The notes: generated by a model from the letters alone, not told the origin. DNA of 63,173 nucleotides, filler included, from Octopus bimaculoides (GCF_001194135.2; 3 parts of 3 records of this genome joined end to end with filler, not necessarily neighbours in it); one strand, 5' to 3'. Shown: positions 39,883 to 51,664, counted from the first letter of the whole stretch. Translations and numbers: made by a program.

Positions 39883-39919
<37 letters not shown>

Positions 39920-39920
39920 G

Positions 39921-39952
<32 letters not shown>

Positions 39953-40165
39953 TGTACAATATAGCTTGCTAGCTAGATATGATGATGATTAGATTAAGTA
40001 ACTGATATGCAAAGAGAGGAAACGATAGTGATATTGCTAGAAGCGTAAAGAGACTGAATATATANNNNNNNNNNNNNNNNNNNNNNNNNNNNNNNNNNNN
40101 NNNNNNNNNNNNNNNNNNNNNNNNNNNNNNNNNNNNNNNNNNNNNNNNNNNNNNNNNNNNTATAT

Positions 40166-40214
<49 letters not shown>

Positions 40215-41007
40215 GATATTTAAACGGTAGCCATTGATAACGGTCTGTTAGTTTTATTACCTCGTGTGGCTGCGTCGATGGCTTCCGGTGCTTCAAGAAA
40301 CTGTCTTACAGAGGACATAAATCTCGTGACACTCCGAGAATTTGTGGTGCAATTATGTAGTTTTTTCACATTAAATGGGATGCCTGTTTGGGCCCCTTAT
40401 TACTTTGTCACCCTTTCACCACTAGTCTATCACCTCTTTTTAAGTAGCTTTCATCTCCGCCTCTATTTCCCCCCCACCTCTTTCTTTTAAATATTTTTGT
40501 CTATCACCGACTCCACGCTCATGCGCATTAAATGGTCTTATCACGACCATCTGCTCTTCTTCCTCCCATTCTATAACTATTTACCATTTTTCTTTACGTC
40601 TTAAACGTTCTCCGCCACCTTATTTTCCCACCTTCTCTTCTCTTAAAACCTACCCCTAATATCTTCAGATATACACTCGGTCGTGTGCACAGAAGTTATC
40701 TATGAATGTTTGAACTTAGTAGCCTCAATTGATTTGATCTTCCGTTCCAGAGTTCAAACGGTAGTAGAGGCTCAGAAGCAAGTCTAGTGGATTATTGCTT
40801 TATTTATTAGTTTTTGCCAGGGAGCATTTAGTTTAGATACTCGACGCATCCCATTTGCAATGTCTTCGTATTCTCAGAAGGGAAAAGAAAATGTTTTCTA
40901 TTTAAGAGACTTAACTACTGATGGGGAAATATTCAGAGCAAACTTAGTAATTTGAGTATTTGTTACATATGACTTGAAAGATTCAGTCTTCACTAATGCC
41001 CACTACC

Positions 41008-41043
<36 letters not shown>
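41008..41043. repeat. (AAT)n microsatellite
   Basis: Direct reading; abuts the R4/Dong fragment. Confidence 0.95.
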
Positions 41044-41045
<2 letters not shown>

Positions 41046-41048
41046 TAA

Positions 41049-41232
41049 ATTGGCAAAATGTGGAACCTGAAGACTAAAACAATACCTGTTGTCATTGGTG
41101 CACTAGGAATGATAGCAAAAGGGATTTGATTCCTACATAGCTCAGATACGAAAAAATCCAAAAATGGCAAAAGTTCAAAAAATACTCCTCATCGGAACTG
41201 ACCATATCGTACGTAAAATACTATCTATGTAA
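41049..41232 (+). mobile_element. R4/Dong-clade (RLE-type) non-LTR retrotransposon C-terminal fragment
   Basis: IGKMWNLKTKTIPVVIGALGMIAKG...VQKILLIGTDHIVRKILSM*, matching the PVVIGALG / LLGT-HILRKVL end of R4/Dong ORFs. Confidence 0.85.
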
Positions 41233-41263
41233 CATCACATTTTAAAACATTTTAAAACACACA

Positions 41264-41300
<37 letters not shown>

Positions 41301-42552
41301 GTGCGCGTGTGTGTGTGCGCGTGTGCGCGCGTGTGTGTAAATATATACGCACATATATATCATAGTGAGAGAGAAAGGTGGGAGTGAAAGACAGTCTGAT
41401 AGATAGATAGACAGATAGATAGATAGATAGATAGATAGGTATGTAGATAGATAGATAGATATTAAAGAAAGTGTGCCTATGTACGTATCGAACTTACACA
41501 CATGGCGAACACGAAAGAGGAGGAGCTAGACTTCTACACACATAGACACAGAAACAAACGTACACACATCAATATATATATATATATATATANNNNNNNN
41601 NNNNNNNNNNNNNNNNNNNNNNNNNNNNNNNNNNNNNNNNNNNNNNNNNNNNNNNNNNNNNNNNNNNNNNNNNNNNNNNNNNNNNNNNNNNNNNNNNNNN
41701 NNNNNNNNNNNNNNNNNNNNNNNNNNNNNNNNNNNNNNNNNNNNNNNNNNNNNNNNNNNNNNNNNNNNNNNNNNNNNNNNNNNNNNNNNNNNNNNNNNNN
41801 NNNNNNNNNNNNNNNNNNNNNNNNNNNNNNNNNNNNNNNNNNNNNNNNNNNNNNNNNNNNNNNNNNNNNNNNNNNNNNNNNNNNNNNNNNNNNNNNNNNN
41901 NNNNNNNNNNNNNNNNNNNNNNNNNNNNNNNNNNNNNNNNNNNNNNNNNNNNNNNNNNNNNNNNNNNNNNNNNNNNNNNNNNNNNNNNNNNNNNNNNNNN
42001 NNNNNNNNNNNNNNNNNNNNNNNNNNNNNNNNNNNNNNNNNNNNNNNNNNNNNNNNNNNNNNNNNNNNNNNNNNNNNNNNNNNNNNNNNNNNNNNNNNNN
42101 NNNNNNNNNNNNNNNNNNNNNNNNNNNNNNNNNNNNNNNNNNNNNNNNNNNNNNNNNNNNNNNNNNNNNNNNNNNNNNNNNNNNNNNNNNNNNNNNNNNN
42201 NNNNNNNNNNNNNNNNNNNNNNNNNNNNNNNNNNNNNNNNNNNNNNNNNNNNNNNNNNNNNNNNNNNNNNNNNNNNNNNNNNNNNNNNNNNNNNNNNNNN
42301 NNNNNNNNNNNNNNNNNNNNNNNNNNNNNNNNNNNNNNNNNNNNNNNNNNNNNNNNNNNNNNNNNNNNNNNNNNNNNNNNNNNNNNNNNNNNNNNNNNNN
42401 NNNNNNNNNNNNNNNNNNNNNNNNNNNNNNNNNNNNNNNNNNNNNNNNNTATAGGCACACGCGCGAAGAAATACAGAAAGAGACAAGAGATTAATAGGGC
42501 TTGATTGATGTGTTCCTCGAATTTGTGTATACGTATATACGTATAGACACAT

Positions 42553-42588
<36 letters not shown>

Positions 42589-42698
42589 ACACACACACAC
42601 ATCCAATCTTCCACTTACATTTACCGACACCTAACCATAACTACGGTGGTATTATTTAGCCCACACGCATATCATTTTAAATTCTCAAATGAAAACTA

Positions 42699-42733
<35 letters not shown>

Positions 42734-43499
42734 ATATCCGAAACTGCAATGTATATGTAATTTGTAATTTGTCAGAGAGATAAATATGTACTAATAATAT
42801 AAATAAATAGCTTTAGTTTTTATTTTGTTTTAGTTTTATTTTGTTTAGTATAATTTAGTTTTCTTTCTGTTTCCTTACAATATGAGGGATGCGACTCTAT
42901 GGTAATTTTCAAGGGAGGCAACTACTGTGACTGATGAGATATCCTCTGATTGAAACCTGATTCGAATGCTTGTAGCCGAGAGAAGTAACGTAAGTGACAC
43001 GTGTTCATGTTAAACTAGATCGATGGACTGCCGCCGCTGCTGCTGCTGCTGCTGCTGCTGCTACTACTACTACTACTACAAATACTACTACTACCTCTTT
43101 AGCCTGCTCTCATCTAACAGATACATTTGACTTAGGATCACAAAGCATTCCACTCTTAGCTATTTCGCATTTTCTTTACTTTTCTCTTTAACGAGTCGCC
43201 ACATGTTAATTTTCTGACGCTCTTACAATTCTACCATGCTTTAAGACTGGAACGCTTTTTATTATTAGTCTTGGGTTAAACAACAGACCTGGGGTTAAAC
43301 AACTACAACAACAACAACAACAACAACACTTCTATTAGGAGACGCCATTAAACTTTCTCATTCTCAGACTGTTGTTCAGTGATTTGTTAGGTCTGTTTGT
43401 ATGTACGTATTATACGTGCGCGCGCGTACGTATATGTGGTTGGGTTAATTGTGAGGAGAAGTACACAAAGACATTGGAAACCCACTTGGCTACCATCAC

Positions 43500-43629
43500 C
43501 ACCCTCTCCTCTCTCTCTCTTACTCTCTCTCTCTTACTCTCTCTCTCTTACTCTCTCTCTCTCTTACTCTCTCTCTCTTACTCTCTCTCTCTTACTCTCT
43601 ATCTCTCTCTGTTACTCTCTCTCTCTCTT

Positions 43630-43692
<63 letters not shown>
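43500..43692. repeat. (CT)n with interspersed TTA (CTCTCTCTTA-type) repeat
   Basis: Direct reading. Confidence 0.9.
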
Positions 43693-44019
43693 NNNNNNNN
43701 NNNNNNNNNNNNNNNNNNNNNNNNNNNNNNNNNNNNNNNNNNNNNNNNNNNNNNNNNNNNNNNNNNNNNNNNNNNNNNNNNNNNNNNNNNNNNNNNNNNN
43801 NNNNNNNNNNNNNNNNNNNNNNNNNNNNNNNNNNNNNNNNNNNNNNNNNNNNNNNNNNNNNNNNNNNNNNNNNNNNNNNNNNNNNNNNNNNNNNNNNNNN
43901 NNNNNNNNNNNNNNNNNNNNNNNNNNNNNNNNNNNNNNNNNNNNNNNNNNNNNNNNNNNNNNNNNNNNNNNNNNNNNNNNNNNNNNNNNNATGTCTTAGA
44001 AAGAACTTTTTCTTCACCC

Positions 44020-44225
44020 ATTCCCTTCCGGTCATTCCAAAATGTAACCACATGTGACCACATCGTTGGCGATTTTCTTTCCTCCGTCTTCCCTTCTATT
44101 GGACTTTCCTCTGTTTCCGAAGATGAGCGTCTGCTCGAAACGTAAAACCACCTTTCTTTCCTTCCCTGAGCGTCTGCTAATACTTTACATGTACCACGTC
44201 TTCGCGTTGTTGTTGTTTTTTTGTG
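44020..44225 (+). mobile_element. short hammerhead-bearing element (Penelope/retrozyme-like)
   Basis: Same architecture as 48900-49105: pyrimidine-rich lead, hammerhead motif, repeated GAGCGT, TAATA, T-rich tail. Confidence 0.6.
44113..44148 (+). ncRNA. minimal type I hammerhead ribozyme motif (U4C core)
   Basis: GTTT-CCGAAGA-T-GAGC-gtct-GCTC-GAAA-CG-TA-AAAC: stems I and II pair, palindromic ACGT stem III, GUA site. Confidence 0.7.
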
Positions 44226-46485
44226 TTTGTGTTTGGATATATATATATATATATATATATAAATTGCTTATGTTTAAACCTTCCATATACAGTAAATAAC
44301 TTAGCTGATCGGCAAGTAGACGTACGATTTAATACGTACCAGACTAAAATATGTACGAAATTTAATATGGCCGACTAGAAGATATACCTGCATTTCAGTT
44401 AGATGCAATTAGTAAAAGAATACACTACATTCAAACACACGCACACACACATACACAATGCCTGTACATACTTAGATGGAAAGATAACACTGAAGAACAA
44501 TGACGCGATGTGATAAGCCGAATTACTGTTGTAATGTTGGATCTTCCTCTGATGAGTGAAACGCCTTCAGCGTCGCCATGTTTTTCATGTAAAGCATTGT
44601 ACAATTCCATATATTCTTCTCTTCCCTCGTATTCAACTAATTATTTAATGACAAAGGCTTATTATTGTCGTATGCAGTTCATCAATTGATCATTTCACGG
44701 ATGTTTTAATTACGTCTTCTCGTGGCAGTCAGTCTTTTTGTGTAACTAGAACTGCTTTGCCCAATCGGTCCTTCCATCTTTAAGACGGTAGAGTGCATGA
44801 TTTGAATGATGGAGGCGATTATTTCTAGCAGGTCGTTTGACCAAATAAAGATAGCCCAGCCGGTGGTTCGACATAATTATACCACTTGCGTCTTAGCAGA
44901 AACAGAAACTTGTCTGAATTTGGTAACATAAAATAGTTCACTTCTCCATTTGTCACCTTTGTTAGTTTTCTATTTCGTATCTTACAAGCTCTATAAAATA
45001 AGTTCCTTCGCTTCCCTACGAAATCATCTGATCTCCTTCTGGCTATCAACATTCAGCATCGATTGTCATGCGATGTTGGGGGGGGGGGACAAACACAGAC
45101 ACACAAACACACATACATACATACATACATACATANNNNNNNNNNNNNNNNNNNNNNNNNNNNNNNNNNNNNNNNNNNNNNNNNNNNNNNNNNNNNNNNN
45201 NNNNNNNNNNNNNNNNNNNNNNNNNNNNNNNNNNNNNNNNNNNNNNNNNNNNNNNNNNNNNNNNNNNNNNNNNNNNNNNNNNNNNNNNNNNNNNNNNNNN
45301 NNNNNNNNNNNNNNNNNNNNNNNNNNNNNNNNNNNNNNNNNNNNNNNNNNNNNNNNNNNNNNNNNNNNNNNNNNNNNNNNNNNNNNNNNNNNNNNNNNNN
45401 NNNNNNNNNNNNNNNNNNNNNNNNNNNNNNNNNNNNNNNNNNNNNNNNNNNNNNNNNNNNNNNNNNNNNNNNNNNNNNNNNNNNNNNNNNNNNNNNNNNN
45501 NNNNNNNNNNNNNNNNNNNNNNNNNNNNNNNNNNNNNNNNNNNNNNNNNNNNNNNNNNNNNNNNNNNNNNNNNNNNNNNNNNNNNNNNNNNNNNNNNNNN
45601 NNNNNNNNNNNNNNNNNNNNNNNNNNNNNNNNNNNNNNNNNNNNNNNNNNNNNNNNNNNNNNNNNNNNNNNNNNNNNNNNNNNNNNNNNNNNNNNNNNNN
45701 NNNNNNNNNNNNNNNNNNNNNNNNNNNNNNNNNCCCCCTTAATAAACCTATACACTCTTCATCAGAACTCATCACCCACCCTCCCGACGCCACCTCCACC
45801 CCTATCCTCCTTTTACCATCGGATTTCCAAATCTACCGCAATCAGCCTCCCACCCACACCACACCACACCACACCAATTTTAGGTGTAGCCTTGTTCTGG
45901 GGGTAGAGACGTTCACTTAGAAAGACATAACTTTTTATGTTATCTCTAACGAACAGTCCTCACTTGAGTTGGGGTTCGTCTGCTACTTTTGCTTCCTGTT
46001 GTGCCCTGCTAATGTGAGCAAACTTTCATCTTACCCGCGGTTGACTACCTTTATTAGAAGCAATGTTTATCTACCCTTTCATTCTTCCGGGTATAGAAGT
46101 CATTCATTAGAGCAAAAATGCATGTCATGTCTCTCTCTCTAGGATTTCTCCTATTCTATGTATGTATGTATGCATGTATGTATGTATGTATGTATGTGTG
46201 TATGTATGTATGTATGTATGTATGTATGCATGTATGTATACATATATATATAGATACATATACATGTATATGTCTGTATATACATACATATCTACATACA
46301 TAGACACAAACATACATACACATATATGTAATATATATTAAATTATAATTTCCAGCTATTTACAGCGTCGTGGTATCACTTAGATACCCTAAATTATAAT
46401 TTTAAATAATTATTACCTTTTTGGTGATTTTTATTCCCATACTGGCCACTTGATAAAATCGGTATTTAAATATCGATCTTATCCT

Positions 46486-46529
<44 letters not shown>

Positions 46530-47489
46530 AATGGATAGATATTNNNNNNNNNNNNNNNNNNNNNNNNNNNNNNNNNNNNNNNNNNNNNNNNNNNNNNNNN
46601 NNNNNNNNNNNNNNNNNNNNNNNNNNNNNNNNNNNNNNNNNNNNNNNNNNNNNNNNNNNNNNNNNNNNNNNNNNNNNNNNNNNNNNNNNNNNNNNNNNNN
46701 NNNNNNNNNNNNNNNNNNNNNNNNNNNNNNNNNNNNNNNNNNNNNNNNNNNNNNNNNNNNNNNNNNNNNNNNNNNNNNNNNNNNNNNNNNNNNNNNNNNN
46801 NNNNNNNNNNNNNNNNNNNNNNNNNNNNNNNNNNNNNNNNNNNNNNNNNNNNNNNNNNNNNNNNNNNNNNNNNNNNNNNNNNNNNNNNNNNNNNNNNNNN
46901 NNNNNNNNNNNNNNNNNNNNNNNNNNNNNNNNNNNNNNNNNNNNNNNNNNNNNNNNNNNNNNNNNNNNNNNNNNNNNNNNNNNNNNNNNNNNNNNNNNNN
47001 NNNNNNNNNNNNNNNNNNNNNNNNNNNNNNNNNNNNNNNNNNNNNNNNNNNNNNNNNNNNNNNNNNNNNNNNNNNNNNNNNNNNNNNNNNNNNNNNNNNN
47101 NNNNNNNNNNNNNNNNNNNNNNNNNNNNNNNNNNNNNNNNNNNNNNNNNNNNNNNNNNNNNNNNNNNNNNNNNNNNNNNNNNNNNNNNNNNNNNNNNNNN
47201 NNNNNNNNNNNNNNNNNNNNNNNNNNNNNNNNNNNNNNNNNNNNNNNNNNNNNNNNNNNNNNNNNNNNNNNNNNNNNNNNNNNNNNNNNNNNNNNNNNNN
47301 NNNNNNNNNNNNNNNNNNNNNNNNNNNNNNNNNNNNNNNNNNNNNNNNNNNNNNNNNNNNNNNNNNNNNNNNNNNNNNNNNNNNNNNNNNNNNNNNNNNN
47401 NNNNNNNNGAAGTGCAATGCAATGCAGAGACGATTAAACCAATTCCATCAGGCATTTCTGATGGTTGCATACACATGCTATCTATCAGT

Positions 47490-47742
47490 TTCCATACAAG
47501 CAACGCCACCACCGCCACCACCACCGCCACCTCCGTTCCTACGAACACCTTATTAACAACCCACAGATCTTTCTTCATCTAACCATCTGTTCTTGAAAAA
47601 AACTTTATAGCGAATCCAGATTACGACACGGAGTTCTGTGATGTTGCTACCAATAGTAGTAGTAGTAGTAGTAGTAGTGGTAGTGGTGGTGGTGGTAGTG
47701 GTGGTGTTAGTTGTGGTACTAGTAACTAGTAACAGTAGCAAC

Positions 47743-47778
<36 letters not shown>

Positions 47779-48103
47779 ATGGTGGTGATGATGGTAGTGG
47801 TAGTGGTTCTGATGGCGTTGGTGTTGTTGATGACGGTCGTGGAGGTGGACGTAGTAGTAGTAGTAGTAGTGGTGGTGGAGGTATGGGTGGTGGGGTGGCG
47901 GTGGGGGTGGGGGTTTCGGTGGAGGTGGTAGAAATGGTAGTGATGGTGTGATGCTGGAGGTGCTGATGGCGGTGGTGGAGGTGGATGTAGTAGTGGTGGA
48001 GGTAGTGCTGGTGGTACTAGTGGTAGAATTAGTAATGGTGGTAGTGGCGGTGGTAGTAGTAGTAGTGTTAGTTGTAGTACTAGTAACTAGTAGCAGTAAC
48101 ATT

Positions 48104-48134
<31 letters not shown>

Positions 48135-48470
48135 CAGCTGCAACAGCATTAGTAGCAATAGTAATAATAGTAGTAGAAGTGGTAGTGGTGGTGGTGGTGA
48201 TGGTGTTGGTGTTGTTGATGACGGTGGCGGACGTTTTAGTAGTAGTAGTAGTAGTAGTGGTGGTAATGGTGGTGGTTGTGCTATTTGTGGTGATGGTGAA
48301 GGTGTTGGAGGTGCTGATGGCAGTGGTGGAGGTGGATGTAGTAGTGGTGGTGGTAGTAATAGTAATAGTAGTAATGGTGGTGGTAGTAGTATTAGTAATA
48401 ATAGTAATTGTGGTGGTAGTAGTAATAGTAGTAACGGTGGTGGTGGTGGTGGTGGTGGTGGTGGTGATGG
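47490..48470. repeat. compound trinucleotide satellite (GTA/GTG/GAT) with higher-order duplication
   Basis: Blocks such as GTGTTAGTTGT.GTACTAGTAACTAGT and GGAGGTGCTGATGGC.GTGGTGGAGGTGGATGTAGTAG recur about 350-390 bp apart. Confidence 0.9.
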
Positions 48471-48747
48471 GTATAGTGCGGAGTAGGGCAGTAGACCTTC
48501 TGTTCTGGCAGGGGGTGGGGGAATATTGTGGGAGTGGTGGTATCAGAGAAGGCTAGAAGTGACGATGGTTGCTCCGGTGAGAAGGGGAGGAGGAAGTGTT
48601 ATCGCAGAAGTTTATATATCTGTAATCAATTATGATTTCAAGTAGCGTGTCTATGTGCCTGCATGAATACATACATACATACATACATACATACATACAT
48701 ACATACATACATACATACATACATGCATGCATACATACATACATACA

Positions 48748-49105
48748 ACTCTTCGAAAGGCCGGTGTTAAAACGGGGGTAGCTGATGAAGGAAAATGTTC
48801 TCTATGTCGCTTGTGTGTTTTCTGTACTCTGGTTATTATTATTTTCTTGTCTACGTTTTGTTTGCAATTTCCTGTACCCAGATATGCACCTATATATACA
48901 GGTAGACGACCGTTGACTGAACACTATTCAATTTTTTTTCTCCGTGTTTTTCTCCTTGTCTCCGTATTCTTTCTGTTGAAGAGCGTAGCTCGAAACGTCA
49001 AAGACTTTCCGTATTCCCGAGCGTCATACTAATATATACTTTTGTTATTTACACCACCTGTCCTCGTCTGTTGTTATTATTTGTATATTCTCCCTGCACG
49101 TACCT
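48748..49105 (+). mobile_element. about 350-bp element with a split hammerhead-like motif plus a complete hammerhead (copy A)
   Basis: CTTCGAAA..N23..CTGATGAAGG at 48751-48791; shared TCCTGTACCC.GATATGCA block; complete motif at 48968-49004; T-rich tail. Confidence 0.7.
48968..49004 (+). ncRNA. minimal type I hammerhead ribozyme motif (A6U core)
   Basis: TCTTT-CTGTTGA-A-GAGC-gta-GCTC-GAAA-CG-TC-AAAGA: 5-bp stem I, 4-bp stem II, ACGT stem III, GUC site. Confidence 0.72.
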
Positions 49106-49204
49106 GTACGTATATATGCATATACTCATTTATTATTTGTTTTACATACATACATACATACACACATACATGCATGCATACATACATACATACATATACA
49201 CATA

Positions 49205-49420
49205 TATTCTTTTATTCTTTCATTTGTTTCGGTCATTTGACTGCGGCCATGCTGGAGCACTGCGTTTGCAGTCGAGCAAATCGACCCCAGGACTTATTCT
49301 TTGTAAGTCTAGTACTTATTCGATTGGTTGTCTTTTGCCGAACCGCTAAGTTACAGGGACGTAAACACACCAGCATCGGTTGTCAAGCGATGGTGAGGGG
49401 ACAAACACAGACACACAAAT
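49205..49420 (-). mobile_element. SINE family A, 3' half, well preserved
   Basis: Antisense of CCATCGCTTGACAACCGATGCTGGTGTGTTTACGTCCC...GTGCTCCAGCATGGCCGCAGTCAAATGAC. Confidence 0.92.
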
Positions 49421-49451
49421 ATTTGTATATACCCATATAAATATAAATATA

Positions 49452-49676
49452 AAGACGGCGAGCTTGCAGAATCGTTAGCACACCGGGCGAAATGCTCAGC
49501 GGTATTTCGTCTGTCTTTATGTTCTGAGTTCAAATTCCACCGAGGTCGACTTTGCCTTTTATCCTTTCGGGGTCGATTAAATAAGTACCAGTTACGCACT
49601 GGAGTCGATGTAATCGACTTAATCCCTTTGTTTGTCTCATCTGTGTTTAGCGCCCTCCTGTGTGCAATAAAGAAAT
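49452..49676 (+). mobile_element. SINE family B, near full length
   Basis: GGCGAGCTTGCAGAATCGTTAGCAC.CCGGGCGAAATGC...GAGTTCAAATTCC...AAGTACCAGTTACGCACTGGAGTCGATGTAATCGAC. Confidence 0.92.
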
Positions 49677-49709
49677 ATATATATATGTATGTGTGTGTGT
49701 GTGTATCTC

Positions 49710-49930
49710 TTAATCCTTTTCGCGCCTGGTAGAGTATAGGGCCTCAACAGTTATTTCCCACTTTTTGCAATCATTGGCGTGTTTCTTGGCTGGTTCCTAT
49801 GTCAGGCCGGTGGTTCTGAGCTCGTCCAAAATGCTCCGCTTCCATGTCTGCTTCGGGCGTCCTCTCTTCCTTATCGTGCCACATTTGAGGGTTCTTTCCG
49901 CAGTGTGTCCGATCCATCTCCATTTCCTGT
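49710..49930 (-). mobile_element. RTE-clade LINE 3' end
   Basis: RKWRWIGHT...RKRGRPKQTWKRSILDELRTTGLT*...KKW...VEALYSTRREKD*. Confidence 0.88.
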
Positions 49931-50085
49931 GTATATATANNNNNNNNNNNNNNNNNNNNNNNNNNNNNNNNNNNNNNNNNNNNNNNNNNNNNNNNNNNNN
50001 NNNNNNNNNNNNNNNNNNNNNNNNNNNNNNNNNNNNNNNNNNNNNNNNNNNNNNNNNNNNNNNNNNNNNNNNNNNTGTGTGTGTG

Positions 50086-50120
<35 letters not shown>

Positions 50121-50783
50121 ACATATAAACACTCCCACAATATTAGTTGGTACTCTAGCGACAAGTATACATACACACACATAAATTGCTCAATAAATAT
50201 GCATGTACATATATACATAAATATATATGTACACAAAAGTATATATATATACATATACATATACATACACATACATACATACATACATACATACATACTT
50301 ATATGTATACATGCATGCATACATCCACCCAACCATACATACATACATACATACATACATACATACATACATAGAAACATACACATCAGTTGGTATTCTA
50401 GTTACATGCAGGTTTTTTATTCCTGCCCCATATCGTTTGACTTGTATTACATTCATGCTGCGTACGTGCATTGGTGTCAGGTACTGGAACACATGTGTTT
50501 GCGCCTGAAGCGTAGTTAAATTCCTATTAAGATCGGAATCAATAACCATATGTGGAGCAATGAGCGATTGACATAGTTTATACGGTTCTGTGCACATAAG
50601 TTTTTACTTTGCTGGAGTTTGGCTTTTATGGCATTGGTGAGAATGATTTACGGTGTATGTTAGATGATGTATAGACATCTGACAGATTTATGCCTTATGC
50701 AGTTGCCCCAGAATGGACGTAAACCAATCTGTGAACCAGGGAAAAAGTATGTAAGTATTCACTTGCATTCTCCCACGCACAGT

Positions 50784-50920
50784 GAGGGCGCGTGGTTAGG
50801 GTGTTGGACTCACCATCGTAAGATTGTGGTTTTGAATCCTGGATCGGGCGACAAGTTGTCTTCTTGAGCAAAACACTTCATTTCACATTGTTACAGTCCA
50901 TTCAGCTGGGAAAATTGAGA
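50784..50920 (+). mobile_element. SINE family C (tRNA-like head)
   Basis: GTGGTTAGGGTGTTGGACTCA..ATCGTAAGATTGTGGTTT.GAATCCTGG...CTTGAGCAAAACACTTCATTTCAC.TTG.T.CAGTCCA.TCAGCTGG. Confidence 0.85.
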
Positions 50921-51133
50921 AACTCTATCTGTTAAGACGAAGAGAGTTTCAGTTGGGAAAATTGAGAAACTCTGTCTGTTAAGACGAAGAGAGTTTCAGC
51001 TGAGAAAATTGAGTAACTCTGTCTGTTAAGACGAAGAGAGTTTCAGCTGAGAAAATTGAGTAACTCTGTCTGTTAAGACGAAGAGAGTTTCAGCTGAGAA
51101 AATTGAGTAACTCTGTCTGTTAAGACGAAGAGA
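50901..51133. repeat. 47-bp minisatellite, about 5 copies visible, running into a gap
   Basis: Unit TTCAGCTGAGAAAATTGAGTAACTCTGTCTGTTAAGACGAAGAGAGT starts at 50901, 50948, 50995, 51042 and 51089. Confidence 0.95.
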
Positions 51134-51233
51134 NNNNNNNNNNNNNNNNNNNNNNNNNNNNNNNNNNNNNNNNNNNNTTAATTAATTAANNNNNNNNNNN
51201 NNNNNNNNNNNNNNNNNNNNNNNNNNNNNNNNN
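51134..51233. other. synthetic 100-bp scaffold gap: N44-TTAATTAATTAA-N44
   Basis: Same geometry as 28894-28993. Confidence 0.92.
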
Positions 51234-51664
51234 TATATATATATATATATGAATATATATACATAAATATATTTATGTGCGTGTGTGTATACGTACATAT
51301 ATACATAGAGAGAGTAAAAGGCAGAAAGGGAAGCGCGCAGGCTTGCGGGTTTGTGTTTACCAATTTTTGTTTTCCTAACTACGAGGTATTAGGTTCACCC
51401 CCTTTGCACGGCACCGTAGGTATGTGTTTTCTATAGTCTGAAGTCAGTCGATGTAAAATGTCTGGAAGCTCGTCTTATGTGCGTATATATATGTGCGTAT
51501 ATATATGTATATATATCTATATATGGGTATATACATACATATATATATGTGTGTGTATATATACATACATATGCACACACACGCATACTCTCTCACACAC
51601 ATAGTGTTCCGTAATAGTTGGATCAAGAAAAAATTGTTCTCCATCCAGTGAGAGGTAAATAATC

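Noticed and set aside
47553-48556. Mucin-like Thr-rich or Val-rich ORFs
   Set aside because: By-products of a trinucleotide satellite; no signal peptide, splice context or non-repetitive domain.
50784-50860. tRNA genes at SINE heads (also 12057, 33250, 34766, 49452, 54692)
   Set aside because: A/B-box-like heads continue into shared SINE bodies and do not give complete cloverleafs.
50901-51133. 47-bp repeat with an internal hairpin as a CRISPR array
   Set aside because: Units are directly adjacent with no unique spacers, no cas genes, and the context is eukaryotic.
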